Shown here one piece after another: positions 24,937-37,245 of a stretch of 64,000 nucleotides of DNA. The DNA is from Octopus bimaculoides (Eukaryota), in the NCBI RefSeq assembly GCF_001194135.2, contig NC_068981.1, forward strand, positions 187,729,139 through 187,793,138. The letters are read 5' to 3'. The notes below the pieces were generated by a model. The model had not been told where the DNA came from and did no database searches. It worked only from the letters and a program-made list of their open reading frames with translations. The position numbers were made by a program, and so were the translations under genes. Numbering within the stretch: the first letter of the stretch is position 1; each line of letters begins with the position of its first letter.

Positions 24937-25382
24937 NNNNNNNNNNNNNNNNNNNNNNNNNNNNNNNNNNNNNNNNNNNNNNNNNNNNNNNNNNNNNNNN
25001 NNNNNNNNNNNNNNNNNNNNNNNNNNNNNNNNNNNNNNNNNNNNNNNNNNNNNNNNNNNNNNNNNNNNNNNNNNNNNNNNNNNNNNNNNNNNNNNNNNNN
25101 NNNNNNNNNNNNNNNNNNNNNNNNNNNNNNNNNNNNNNNNNNNNNNNNNNNNNNNNNNNNNNNNNNNNNNNNNNNNNNNNNNNNNNNNNNNNNNNNNNNN
25201 NNNNNNNNNNNNNNNNNNNNNNNNNNNNNNNNNNNNNNNNNNNNNNNNNNNNNNNNNNNNNNNNNNNNNNNNNNNNNNNNNNNNNNNNNNNNNNNNNNNN
25301 NNNNNNNNNNNNNNNNNNNNNNNNNNNNNNNNNNNNNNNNNNNNNNNNNNNNNNNNNNNNNNNNNNNNNNNNNNNNNNNNNN

Positions 25383-25423
<41 letters not shown>

Positions 25424-25904
25424 TTGTGTGTGTGTGTGTGCGTGTGTGTGTGTGTGTGTATGTGTGTGTGTGTGTATGTGTGTGTGTGTGCATGTTTGCA
25501 ATAATAATCACAATATATATTAATACATATTTTTATGTTTGATAATTTAACTATGTAGTGTATTTTAGATATATGATTATATAATATATGATAATAATCA
25601 CAACGAATGTACTCTATAAGTGTTCAGGTGCCCTAGAAAAAGAAAAAAAGGCATTAGGTGTACTGTTGGCAAATTTCAGGTAGCATAGAAGTTTTGAAGG
25701 ATATAGTGCCTTGGCAGCTATCAACCGATGCAGGTAATTTATTTCGTGCTTCATGAATTGAGCTTGAAAATATTTCCGAAAGTCATAGGTATTGTCGTTT
25801 AGATTTTGGAAGCATGTCCACGAGTATTTGACATATGGAATTCAAAAAAGTACCCAAAGTTGTTGGAAAGATGGTGGATAATCTTGTGGGCGTCTACCAA
25901 GTCA

Positions 25905-26320
25905 GTTGCCAGAAGTCAGCTTTAATGTGTCCATGTCCAAGGAAGCAAGACGTTCAGAGTAAGGTAGATGCCTGACAGTGGGTACTCGTTTGGTTGCACG
26001 TGTCTGAACAGTTTCCAGGGGATTGATATCCCGAGCAAGGTAAGGTTTCCAGACTGGTGATGCAAACTGTAAGTGTGGACGTGCCATGGTCACATAGTTT
26101 TAAATAGATAGCTGGAGAGCGGCTGACAAAGATCTTACTGAGTGATGCTAAGACGCGCTTAGCCTCCTCGACAGTCTTAGGGATGTGGTTTGTCCAAAGC
26201 AGATCACTGTTTAAAATAATTTCCAGATCACGTTCACTAACAGACTTCGGAAGATTTGTGTTGTTGAGGAAGTATGCAAAAGCAGGGTTTTCCTCCCAAA
26301 GTGCCTCGTTGATACTATTA
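25905..26320 (-). mobile_element. CR1/L2-like LINE RT C-terminal fragment (second copy)
   Basis: ERDLEIILNSDLLWTNHIPKTVEEAKRVLASLSKIF.. then, after a frameshift, ARPHLQFASPVWKPYLARDINPLETVQTRATKRVPTVRHLPYSERLASL. Confidence 0.9.
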
Positions 26321-26327
26321 TACATTC

Positions 26328-26374
<47 letters not shown>

Positions 26375-26589
26375 CTGCTACTATTACTACTACTACTACT
26401 ACTAGTAGTAGTAGTAGTAGTATTAGTTGTAATTATTTCTATTGTAGGCACAAGGCCAATACTTTTAGGGAAAAATGCTCAAGTAGCGTGGTTGGCTATA
26501 TCGACACAACATCAGGGTCTTACGAATAAAAAGCAAAAATAAACGGAATAAAAACATAACCACACATATCTATATGAACGCAATATTAG

Positions 26590-26659
<70 letters not shown>

Positions 26660-27478
26660 CCTATCTATCTATCTCTCCCTCACTATATATATATATATAN
26701 NNNNNNNNNNNNNNNNNNNNNNNNNNNNNNNNNNNNNNNNNNNNNNNNNNNNNNNNNNNNNNNNNNNNNNNNNNNNNNNNNNNNNNNNNNNNNNNNNNNN
26801 NNNNNNNNNNNNNNNNNNNNNNNNNNNNNNNNNNNNNNNNNNNNNNNNNNNNNNNNNNNNNNNNNNNNNNNNNNNNNNNNNNNNNNNNNNNNNNNNNNNN
26901 NNNNNNNNNNNNNNNNNNNNNNNNNNNNNNNNNNNNNNNNNNNNNNNNNNNNNNNNNNNNNNNNNNNNNNNNNNNNNNNNNNNNNNNNNNNNNNNNNNNN
27001 NNNNNNNNNNNNNNNNNNNNNNNNNNNNNNNNNNNNNNNNNNNNNNNNNNNNNNNNNNNNNNNNNNNNNNNNNNNNNNNNNNNNNNNNNNNNNNNNNNNN
27101 NNNNNNNNNNNNNNNNNNNNNNNNNNNNNNNNNNNNNNNNNNNNNNNNNNNNNNNNNNNNNNNNNNNNNNNNNNNNNNNNNNNNNNNNNNNNNNNNNNNN
27201 NNNNNNNNNNNNNNNNNNNNNNNNNNNNNNNNNNNNNNNNNNNNNNNNNNNNNNNNNNNNNNNNNNNNNNNNNNNNNNNNNNNNNNNNNNNNNNNNNNNN
27301 NNNNNNNNNNNNNNNNNNNNNNNNNNNNNNNNNTATATATTCCTATTATTATAACATTCATATTTATGTACATAGATATAAGTAAATTAGCTGAATCCGG
27401 TATTGATATCTTGTTCGTAAATAATCTTTATGAAAACGTGATACTTATCATTCTAGATTTCCTAAAAATTCTAACATG

Positions 27479-27535
<57 letters not shown>

Positions 27536-27564
27536 CAGCAGCAAACTGGAAGTAAGACTACGAG

Positions 27565-28285
27565 AAAGTTATGTGGTTATATAACTACGGGAAGTTATAT
27601 GGTTTAACCCCACCTTTTCCCTGCAGGTTAAAAATCTCTCTAAGATATTTTTTTAATATTGTCGATAAGAATTTCCCTGTGGGCCATAAATACCGTTCCA
27701 TCCTTAATAGATCCTGTCTAAAACTTTCTTACTCAACTACGCCTAATTTAGGATCGATAAACGCAGGGAACAATAAATTTAAGCTTGGGAATAACGGGAA
27801 TATGGGTAGCCCCAATACGAATAGAATTAATAGTAACATAGATAAAGAACGCAGAGGGACGACCAACCGAAATAAAGCCTGCAATTGTCGGAACTGCAAT
27901 TTATGTGCATTAGGGGATTCCTGTGTAAGGAAAAACGTGGTATACAAGACTGAGGTCATAACTGCCAATCAACCTAAGAATGTATATATAAGATGAACCA
28001 CGGATTTCAAAACGAGATATAGAGGACATATAGAGGACATATCAGCTCATTCTCGACCCCAGGAACAAAAACGTAACCGCGCTGGCTACATATATTAACA
28101 AACTAAAAATGCGAGATAAGGAATTTAGATTAGATTGATCGATCATAACAGAAACCAAACCATTTAAATTCTATACAAGAAGGTGTAAGTTAGGTTCGAA
28201 GGAAGCAATTAGTATACGTCGTACAGACAAGAAAATTTTAAGTAATAAAATATTAGACGTTATAATTGCACGATGGCATAAATAT
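27565..28285 (+). mobile_element. Penelope-like element (Penelope/Poseidon type) linker plus GIY-YIG endonuclease remnant
   Basis: Frameshifted WFNPPFSLQVK..YFFNIVDKNFPVGHKYRSILNRSCLKLSYSTTPNLGSI..CNCRNCNLCALGDSCVRKNVVYKTEV..KNVYI(R)*TTDFKTRYRGH..YTRRCK; stops and frameshifts present. Confidence 0.88.
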
Positions 28286-28664
28286 TTAGCTATATTTAAG
28301 TTTTTTAAAAAGTAGAATGGATAGAATCCGATCTCATGAACATAGACTTACCTAAATAAAATAATAATTTCTTCCACTTTGGTTAGATTTGATCAACTTA
28401 AAGTTTAAGCTAAAAATTTTTTATACATTGGCATCTTAGTAATTCACAGGTTTAGCGTCGCATTCGAACCTATTAACCTTCTTTATATAAGTTGTAAGTT
28501 AACGGTCATTGTAAATTGTAATAGATCGCAATGTGGTAGCTGCTCTACTAAGCACGTTACTCCGAACGGCAAGTCGAGTCGTATGCAAGCAATCCTTTTC
28601 CTCTCGATCTTTTGAACCAGTCGGGCAGAATGACAGTGAGGCCGCCGCCGCCGCTGAAGTCCCA

Positions 28665-28858
28665 AAATGTTTTTTTTCTCTCCTTGTTTCTCTCATTGTT
28701 TCTTTCTGTGTTCCTTCCTGTGGAAGAGCGTAGGCTCGAAACGTTAAAGACTTTTTCAATTACCGAGCGTTATACTAATACGTCTGTTTGTTTTCTATAC
28801 CACCTGTCTTCTTCTGTTGTTTTTTGTGAATTCTCTCTCTCTCTCTATATATATATAT
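28665..28858 (+). mobile_element. Short repeat family C (Penelope pLTR-like tail ending GTGAATTCTC(C/T)C-(TA)n)
   Basis: Near-identical in reverse complement to 41216-41380; 3' pieces also at 2850-2920 and 6195-6225. Confidence 0.8.
28714..28749 (+). ncRNA. Hammerhead-like motif with variant core CUGUGGA
   Basis: CTTC-CTGTGGA-A-GAGC-GTAG-GCTC-GAA-ACGT-T-AAAG; core A6 replaced by U. Confidence 0.5.
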
Positions 28859-30794
28859 NNNNNNNNNNNNNNNNNNNNNNNNNNNNNNNNNNNNNNNNNN
28901 NNNNNNNNNNNNNNNNNNNNNNNNNNNNNNNNNNNNNNNNNNNNNNNNNNNNNNNNNNNNNNNNNNNNNNNNNNNNNNNNNNNNNNNNNNNNNNNNNNNN
29001 NNNNNNNNNNNNNNNNNNNNNNNNNNNNNNNNNNNNNNNNNNNNNNNNNNNNNNNNNNNNNNNNNNNNNNNNNNNNNNNNNNNNNNNNNNNNNNNNNNNN
29101 NNNNNNNNNNNNNNNNNNNNNNNNNNNNNNNNNNNNNNNNNNNNNNNNNNNNNNNNNNNNNNNNNNNNNNNNNNNNNNNNNNNNNNNNNNNNNNNNNNNN
29201 NNNNNNNNNNNNNNNNNNNNNNNNNNNNNNNNNNNNNNNNNNNNNNNNNNNNNNNNNNNATATATATATATATATATATACACACAGATTTATGTATGTA
29301 TATGTGCATATATCTGTGTGTGTGAGTATTTTGGTTAAGTCGACAGAATGTGATCATGTGATGTAACGGAAATTTGGCTGATGTCTCTGGCAAAGGATGA
29401 GGCGGATTTCGAAGGAAGTGATCTGTTAAATCAGAATTTTTGTATGATTCCTCAAATATTATTTTATTGATTTTCTAAAACAAAAAAACTAATAGTTTCC
29501 AGAATATTCGAGTTATCCAAACAATCTGTTGTCCACATAGTCGTTCCTGTATGTGTTTTAGAATGTGTGTGCGTATTTGCATGCTTAACTGCAGATGCTA
29601 GAGAAAAATATCGCTATTAGATCACAATTCAAACAAACCATGAGATTAAAGAGAAATTGTTACATTAACTCATGCTTGAGTTAGCGATGGGAAATATTGT
29701 ATGTGTGCATTTATAGTGACCCGGCCAGTGGACGTACATAAAGGATACAAAACACTAAACAAAGCATTGTGTTGACTTTGTATCTACACATTTTTCTTGC
29801 AGGGAATATATAAGACATGGAAAAAATATTTTTATAAAATGTTGTGTTCACCTACTTATTTAAGAATAAAGCAGAAATAAGCAATATTTTTCGTATCTAA
29901 AACTTACATGCTATACACGCACGGAGCCGACATATAAGTGGGTGATTATACTATACTTGGAAATATTTATCTATGTCTTCAATTACACCATAAATATTTT
30001 CTCTCTAATGGAATGTTGAAAAAATACTTGTCTGTACACAATACTACATGTGATTCTGCGATGCACTTAACTGAAAAGACACATTTTAGTGATAGTTGTA
30101 ATAAAAGCTGGTGATTATCCGCCAGTCTAAAATGTGACCATGAATAATTAATAATCTTTTTACCCTCCTTTCCACCGTCCCTCTCCCATCTCTCTCTCTG
30201 TCTTCACACACATGCGCGCGCACACCTATATATANNNNNNNNNNNNNNNNNNNNNNNNNNNNNNNNNNNNNNNNNNNNNNNNNNNNNNNNNNNNNNNNNN
30301 NNNNNNNNNNNNNNNNNNNNNNNNNNNNNNNNNNNNNNNNNNNNNNNNNNNNNNNNNNNNNNNNNNNNNNNNNNNNNNNNNNNNNNNNNNNNNNNNNNNN
30401 NNNNNNNNNNNNNNNNNNNNNNNNNNNNNNNNNNNNNNNNNNNNNNNNNNNNNNNNNNNNNNNNNNNNNNNNNNNNNNNNNNNNNNNNNNNNNNNNNNNN
30501 NNNNNNNNNNNNNNNNNNNNNNNNNNNNNNNNNNNNNNNNNNNNNNNNNNNNNNNNNNNNNNNNNNNNNNNNNNNNNNNNNNNNNNNNNNNNNNNNNNNN
30601 NNNNNNNNNNNNNNNNNNNNNNNNNNNNNNNNNNNNNNNNNNNNNNNNNNNNNNNNNNNNNNNNNNNNNNNNNNNNNNNNNNNNNNNNNNNNNNNNNNNN
30701 NNNNNNNNNNNNNNNNNNNNNNNNNNNNNNNNNNNNNNNNNNNNNNNNNNNNNNNNNNNNATATATATATATATATATATATATACATACATAT

Positions 30795-31035
30795 ATACAC
30801 ACTATGTACATTATTCATATTTGACAGATATTTGTCCTCATCTTGTTTGTTGTTAACACAACGTTTCGGCTGGTATACTCTCCAGCCTTCATCGGGTGTT
30901 TTGGGGAAATTTCGAACCTGGGTTCTCATTCTTAAAGTATGCTCCGATGTTATCATTCAGGTCACTACCTGGAATCGAACTCGGAATCTTGGGGTTAGTA
31001 GCCCGCGCTCTTAACCACTACGCCATATGCCACGG
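30795..31035 (-). mobile_element. tRNA-headed SINE carrying a 3' hammerhead ribozyme
   Basis: Minus strand: A box TGGCGTAGTGGT (31025-31014), B box GAGTTCGATTCC (30982-30971), ~60 nt spacer, hammerhead at 30900-30855, then ~60 nt tail into (TA)n. Confidence 0.8.
30855..30900 (-). ncRNA. Minimal type I hammerhead ribozyme (U4C core variant)
   Basis: AACAC-CCGATGA-A-GGCTGG-AGAGTATA-CCAGCC-GAA-ACGT-T-GTGTT: stem I AACAC/GTGTT, 6-bp stem II, palindromic ACGT helix III, GUU cleavage triplet. Confidence 0.78.
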
Positions 31036-31043
31036 GCATATAT

Positions 31044-31290
31044 AGGCGGTGCTCCAGCATGGCCGCAATCAAATGACTCAAACAAGTAAAAGAATATTTG
31101 TGTGTGTGTTTGTGTGGCTTGACAACTGATGTTGGTTTGTTTACATCCCCGTAAACTGGCGGTTCGGCAAAAGACCCCGATAGAATATGTGCTAGGCTTA
31201 CAAAGATTAAGTCCTGGAGTAGATTTCTTCGACTAAAGGTGGTGCCCCAGCATGGCCGCAGTAAAATGACTGAAGCAAGTAAAAGACTAA
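31044..31290 (+). mobile_element. Two tandem 3' portions of SINE family B
   Basis: GCGGTGCTCCAGCATGGCCGCA..AAATGACTGAA(A/G)CAAGTAAAAG occurs twice. Confidence 0.8.
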
Positions 31291-32663
31291 AATGAAATTT
31301 GGTCGGCGATAGGTTTTTAGAGTAAAGTGATCGGGGCAGGGCTCCATAGACCGGTTTATTCAATACCTGCAGAGTCTTTTTTGCGATATAGGAAGTCAGT
31401 AGATATCGCGAAAAAAAGAAACAAGCTGGGTCATTTTCGACGCATTAATAATGGTGCATTTTGCTGTTTCCTAATCAGTAGATGCTTGCTTGATGCTTTT
31501 TACCAAAATTCAAAACATTTTAGGTCGCAGATTACATGATTCTTTTGCAGCTTCTCTTTGCAAAAAGGATTTTTGGTTCTTTGTCGAGTTCTGAAACTCT
31601 ATTAGAATAATGCTTAATAGCTTAAATTCTTTAGACTAGTAATTAAGATTTTAATTAGTTTACGACAAAAAACATCACGTTCTTAATTAGATCCATTAAT
31701 TTCGATAATACCTAACAGAGGTTTACAGATTCATTAATGAACCTGGATTTGTTTGCCTAGTTGTAATAATCTGTAATAGAACAGAGCGCCACACACGAAA
31801 TGTAAGCGTGTAGTAACATGGAACAACGCATTTTCCGTTATCGTGCGAAACCACACGACACATAGTCAAGGAATAATAGAGCTCTGTTGCACAAAAGCAA
31901 TGTGAAGAAGGCTTCATAACGGCGATTTTTAAAATTATTTTCGTCCGTCTTGTGAGTAAAATCTAACAAATTTTAAACTCTCTGCGTTTAGTTCTTCTCC
32001 AACCTTTCAAATTGCCGTGCTTGTCTCTCTGCTCCGTATAGGGCTTGTTGCATCGTTGTTTTGTGCTGTTTTCTCCCTTTCTATTGTCATCGTAATTAAC
32101 TGACGCTCAATTTGGTTATTGGAAGTTTGCAACGGTGGGTGGAGAGGATGAGAGATGATTAAAGGAAGTGGGTAGAGGTGAATGTAGCGAGTCGTAAACA
32201 AGAGTGGAGGCATGGTCAATGGCAGTTATGAGATGCAGGCAGAGGTGATAAAAAATGAAAGTGAATCAGAGCGGAGGTGGTGGTGTCTGGCAGTATAGGA
32301 ATGTTAAAGAACAGCAGGGAAACAACGGGTGCAAGATGGAGGGTGGTGATTACAGGAGTTGGTGTGGGAAGGAAAGAGAGAGACACATAGACTGGCAGAG
32401 ATGATGTAAGACGTGTGTAGGAATGAATGTAGTGAGTGGCGAATAAAGTGGCAACATGGCAGACATGTGATAATTTTAAGAATGAGGTATGGGAGTCAAT
32501 AGGGTACAGAGTAGGGCAGACAGAGAAATAGCAGGCAACACAGAAAGAGTGAATAGTGGAAAACTGCAAGGAATGAAGGTGAGAATAAAAGGTCAAACAG
32601 AAGCAGCTCTGAAGTGAGAGAGAGTGAGCGATAGAGATAGATAGATAGTGAGTGAGAGAGAGA

Positions 32664-32713
<50 letters not shown>

Positions 32714-33344
32714 TGGTAGTGAAGAAAGCGGATGTTGTATATATGTAGTTCTTCTCTTATTTAATGTTACACCAGTAAATGCAGTAGTAAGAAGAGCGAT
32801 GGTGAGGTGATTGAAAGTGTGATGGAGTGATGGGGGGGGGGTGTGAAAGATTTGAAAAACACAAACTGAGGATGAAGGTGTACTTTATAATATAAATCCT
32901 TATATGTCCTATTATTCTATGTTTTATCCAAACTTTTACATGGCATTATGAAAATTTTGAAGCTCTATTACAAAATTAATGGCTTAAATTTCCTAGTCTA
33001 GTAATTAAGATTTTAATTATTTTAAAGAAAAGAAATCCTAACATTCTTAAATAGAATAATTATTTTCGACACTCCTTATTAGAGATTCGTTAATAAATCT
33101 GGAAATGTTTCTCAATTTGTAATTATTTTCAACACTTTAGAGCGTCGAATTCCACCTTTCATCCTTTCGTGGGTCGATAAAATAAGTACCAGTTGAGTAC
33201 TGGGGTCGAAATTGCTAGCCTTGTACCAACATCTGAAACCAATATTTCAGGGCGTCATAATGAACTGAAACAATACACTTTCAATATCACTTCTAAGTTT
33301 TTCATTTAATATTTGCTAAGCAAAAATGACTCCAGCATTTAAAC

Positions 33345-33680
33345 TTAATGCAAGTGCAATCCCTGCAAAGACTGAAGGGCTCATCCTCAGCAATCTCTGG
33401 ACATTAATATCTCGAGTCCTGGGACTCATGGGCCGGTTCCTTGGTTTCCATGGTAAATAAGTGACCAAGGTCAGAGCATAACTCCCGAATGGCATGTCAG
33501 TGCATCGCTGGATTTCTCATTTACAGCTCAAGAAATGAAGTATTTGTCTCAATAATATTTGGTCTCAGTAATATTTGGTCTTAGTAATATTTGATCTCAA
33601 TAATATTTGTCTAAATAATACAATACACCGCCCGATCCAGAAATCGAAACCAGGATCTTGCGCATAACACTCTAACAATA
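33345..33680 (-). mobile_element. Old tRNA-derived SINE of a third family, with an internal 17-bp tandem (33541-33620)
   Basis: Minus-strand head GTTAGAGTG..GATCCTGGTTTCGATTTCTGG; AATAATATTTGGTCTC-like unit repeated about four times. Confidence 0.5.
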
Positions 33681-33821
33681 TATTTCAGCATACTGCTATA
33701 TTTATTTCCCCTCGAGCTTTAAATGGCTGCCTAATTACTTTAACTTGCAGCCATCTAGCTAGATATTTGTTTTAGTGATAAACCTCAAAGTGAGCATTTA
33801 CGCTCCCAAACTTTTAAGATA

Positions 33822-34016
33822 TCTCTTTTATTCTTTAACTTGGTTCAGTCATTTGACTGCGGCCATCTTGGAGCACCGCCTTTAGTCGAGCAAATCGATC
33901 CCAGGACTTATTCTTTGTAAGCCTAGTATTTATCCTATCGGTCTCTTTTGCCGAACCTCTAAGTTACGGGGACGTAAACACACCGGCATCGGTTGTCAAG
34001 TGATGTTGGGGGGGGG

Positions 34017-34048
<32 letters not shown>

Positions 34049-34081
34049 NNNNNNNNNNNNNNNNNNNNNNNNNNNNNNNNN

Positions 34082-34116
<35 letters not shown>

Positions 34117-34257
34117 ACGGGCTTCTTTCAGTTTCCGTCTACCAAATCCACTCAAAAAGCCAAGGCTATAATAGAAGACACTTGCCCAAGGTGCCACGCA
34201 GTGGGGCTGAAACCGGAACCATTTGGTTGGTGAGCAAGCTACTTACCACACAGCCAC
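33822..34257 (-). mobile_element. Full-length SINE family B with internal microsatellite and gap
   Basis: Both halves present around (CA)n-N-(TA)n. Confidence 0.88.
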
Positions 34258-34654
34258 TTTTTGGGTGTTACATACGGATATATATCTATAAAAATGGATG
34301 AAGGGTTGATCCTATATTCCCGTATTTCCAGAGGGACAACAGGGGTAAGTTAAACTACCTTCAACTTGAAATCGAAAACGAAATATGATTTGAATTCTAG
34401 CGAAACACGCTGCTTCTTGTAAAAATTCTCACCATTAGCATTCGTGAATTTACCGGGAATTTGTAAAGACAGGCACACACTTAAAATGATTTCTGTGTCA
34501 ATGAATCTTGACAACATATAAGAACAGAATAGAATCAAGATCTAAGAAACGTTAGCTGAATAATATAAGCTTCGAGATGAATATTTATTATTTGAAATGG
34601 ATCAGTCAGGAATAAATACGGGGTAAAAGATAAACACAGGGCATGTGGAAATAG

Positions 34655-34775
34655 ATACACTTTCGACTGGAAGAACCAACTTTTGTCACCAGTAACAACT
34701 TTCAAAAAATGGTCCAGGTCAACTTTCAACTGTTCTGTCAGTACATGACACGCATTCAGTCGTGACTGAAAATGT
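34655..34775 (-). mobile_element. Mariner transposase fragment around the first catalytic Asp
   Basis: QSRLNACHVLTEQLKVDLDHFLKVVTGDKSWFF (TGDESW motif); paralogous to 35460-35560. Confidence 0.75.
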
Positions 34776-35334
34776 ATACACACATCCAGCATAGACGTCT
34801 AAATGATAATTCTGTCAGAAGACCACAAGAAGAAGGAATAGCATAATGAATAAAACAAACTGTGAGAATAAAAACACAGTAACTGCAGTAGCCCCGGCAC
34901 TACTACAAATGAAACAGTAACATCTCAAGTAATACACACACACACACGTACACACACACACACACACATGTACACTTTCGCACACACACATACACATGTA
35001 CACTTTCACACACATATACGCACACGTACAGCCTTTCACGCACACACAAACACACATGTACAGACTTTCACACACATACAAAGATATATGTAAATATATT
35101 TAGATCAAAATACTTTATTTTTATTTGCATTGTTTTTATATGATGGAAAAAATATTTATATTTAAGTGTATAAGTACCCGAATGCTGATACCAGTACTTA
35201 ATTCTAGCAATGTGGAATTAGCAAATTCAAATACACAATACGACGAGATACCCAAAAGAAACAGGAATTTTGCTATATTATTTTATTCACTTAGTTTTAC
35301 ATGTTTACACTTTTATCGCTTTCAAAGTATTTGA

Positions 35335-36117
35335 AGCAATGCATCGGTCCAGGCGCGTTTTCCACTAATCGAAGCCATCCTGGAACTCTTGCAAAGTGGT
35401 GTCTTTTGACGCCTCCGTCGCTTTTTCTTCACTTCTCCCATATCGGCAAATTCCGAAGCGCCAGCTTTCGTCAACAGTGACGACTTTCGAAAAAAGATCC
35501 GGATCAACTTTCATCTATTGTTTCAGTACACGACACGCATTCAGTCGCGACTGCTTTTGATCCCCCGTGAGCAAGTAAGGCACAAATTTTGCTGCAACTC
35601 TTTTCATTCTCAATTCCTCGCTCAAATTTCTTTGGCAGGTACTCCAGAATACACCAGTCATATCAACAAATTCGTCAATTGTTTAGTGAATAGTCCTCCA
35701 AGATCAGTTCATGCATTTTCGTAATGTTTTCATTGGTTGGGGAGATCGACGTTCGACCTGAATGAGGTTGGTCTTCAAGCGACAAGTGACCATTCCAAAA
35801 GCGTGGAAACCACTAGTAAACTTGTGTCTTGTTCATAACAGAGTCCTTGCAAGCTGTTTGAAGCATGAAACTGTTTCGGTCACCGTTTTCCTCAACAGAA
35901 AAACAGAATTTCCTTCGTTTCAACCATCGCAAAAATTGACGGACAAGGGAGAAACATTTCAAAACCAAGGTGCACCACATGGCAGTACTACTTTACTGGA
36001 GGGCACGGTAGACCGATGCTTGAGGGTTGCATCAAACGGATTCTACCGGCGGAAACTGGAACTACAACGGGCTTGTCCCACAGAGAACGTGTCCGGTTAC
36101 TTTTGGGTACTCCTTCG
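35335..36117 (-). mobile_element. Mariner element 5' half (terminal inverted repeat plus decayed transposase N-terminus)
   Basis: TA-CGAAGGAGTACCCAAAAGTAACCGG terminus at 36117; KFCFLLRKTVTET..NKTQVY*WF..SLEDQPHSGR..ELRMKRVAAKFVPYLLT..KVVTVDESW. Confidence 0.85.
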
Positions 36118-36499
36118 TAATTAAAGATAGAACAGTGATAGGAATGAAGATTTCTAAAACTGATACAAACACCCTTCTCGCATTTTAAAGACGAGGTGCA
36201 GTTGATTACATTGATTTCAGAGAGCGTTTGCTTCTTGTTTTATTTATTTTTAGAAGATAAAAATCAAGGTTGAGTCCTATAGAATATGAACTCAGAACAT
36301 TAAAATGTAGTGATGGGGGTGTAACTAATATCATTGGTAAGAGTTCTGGCGCTCTACTGCATCTTGAATTCTACGTTCATAACAGCAGTAATAATTTATA
36401 CCATACATAAAAAGCAAATACTTTTAGGAGGCGGAACAGTTACTAAATAATCTTCAAAGGATTACTGATGGGGTTTTAAACCAGGGTGTTGAGTTATGA

Positions 36500-36690
36500 T
36501 AATAAAATTGATTTCAAATTTTGACACAAGGTTAGCAAGTCCGGCAAGTGTTCAACTGGTACTTATTTTATCAATCCCGAAAGGGTGAAAGGCAAAGCCG
36601 ACCGCGGCGGAATTTTAAATTGAAACGCAAACATCAGAAGAAATGCTGTAAAGCACTTTGTGCGAGTCGCTAACGATTCTGCTGTTTCAC
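36500..36690 (-). mobile_element. SINE family A copy (an older fragment lies at ~36185-36300)
   Basis: ACTGGTACTTATTTTATCAATCCCGAAAGGGTGAAAGGCAAAGCCGACCGCGGCGGAATTT. Confidence 0.8.
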
Positions 36691-36916
36691 CAACTATGAT
36701 GATTAGGAGGAGAAGGAAAGAGACGATGATGAAAATATTAGCACTTCTAAATTACGAATATTTTGTGAATATTAAAATGTCATTTTTGAGAGAAAACATC
36801 AGGGAATTTTATCAAATTTATGTTTATAAAATGGTGGTGAATCCGCGTACAGAATGGCTTTAGTTAGCGATTGAAATCGTTTTCCTACATTTTACACTCC
36901 TGATTTTCTAAAACGT

Positions 36917-37175
36917 TCTTTTATTCTTTTATTTGGTTCAGTCATTTGGGTGTGGCCGTGCTGGAGCACTGCCTTTAGTCAAACAAATCGACCCAGGCCT
37001 TATTCTTTCTAAGCCTAGTACTTATTCTATCGGTCTCTTTTGCGAACTGCTAAGTTACGGGATGTAAATGCACCAGCACCGGTTGTCAAACGATGGTGAG
37101 GGCACATACACACACACACACATATATATACACACGCACACGCACACGCACACGCGTGCGGACACACACACACAT

Positions 37176-37245
<70 letters not shown>

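Noticed and set aside
27729-27968. Hydrophobic 79-aa minus-strand ORF
   Set aside because: Antisense shadow of the Penelope endonuclease region.
30961-31030. tRNA-Ser(ACT)-like sequence as a tRNA gene
   Set aside because: Anticodon stem has only about 3 pairs and no acceptor stem closes; it is a SINE head.
35762-36124. 120-aa plus-strand ORF
   Set aside because: Antisense to the mariner 5' region.
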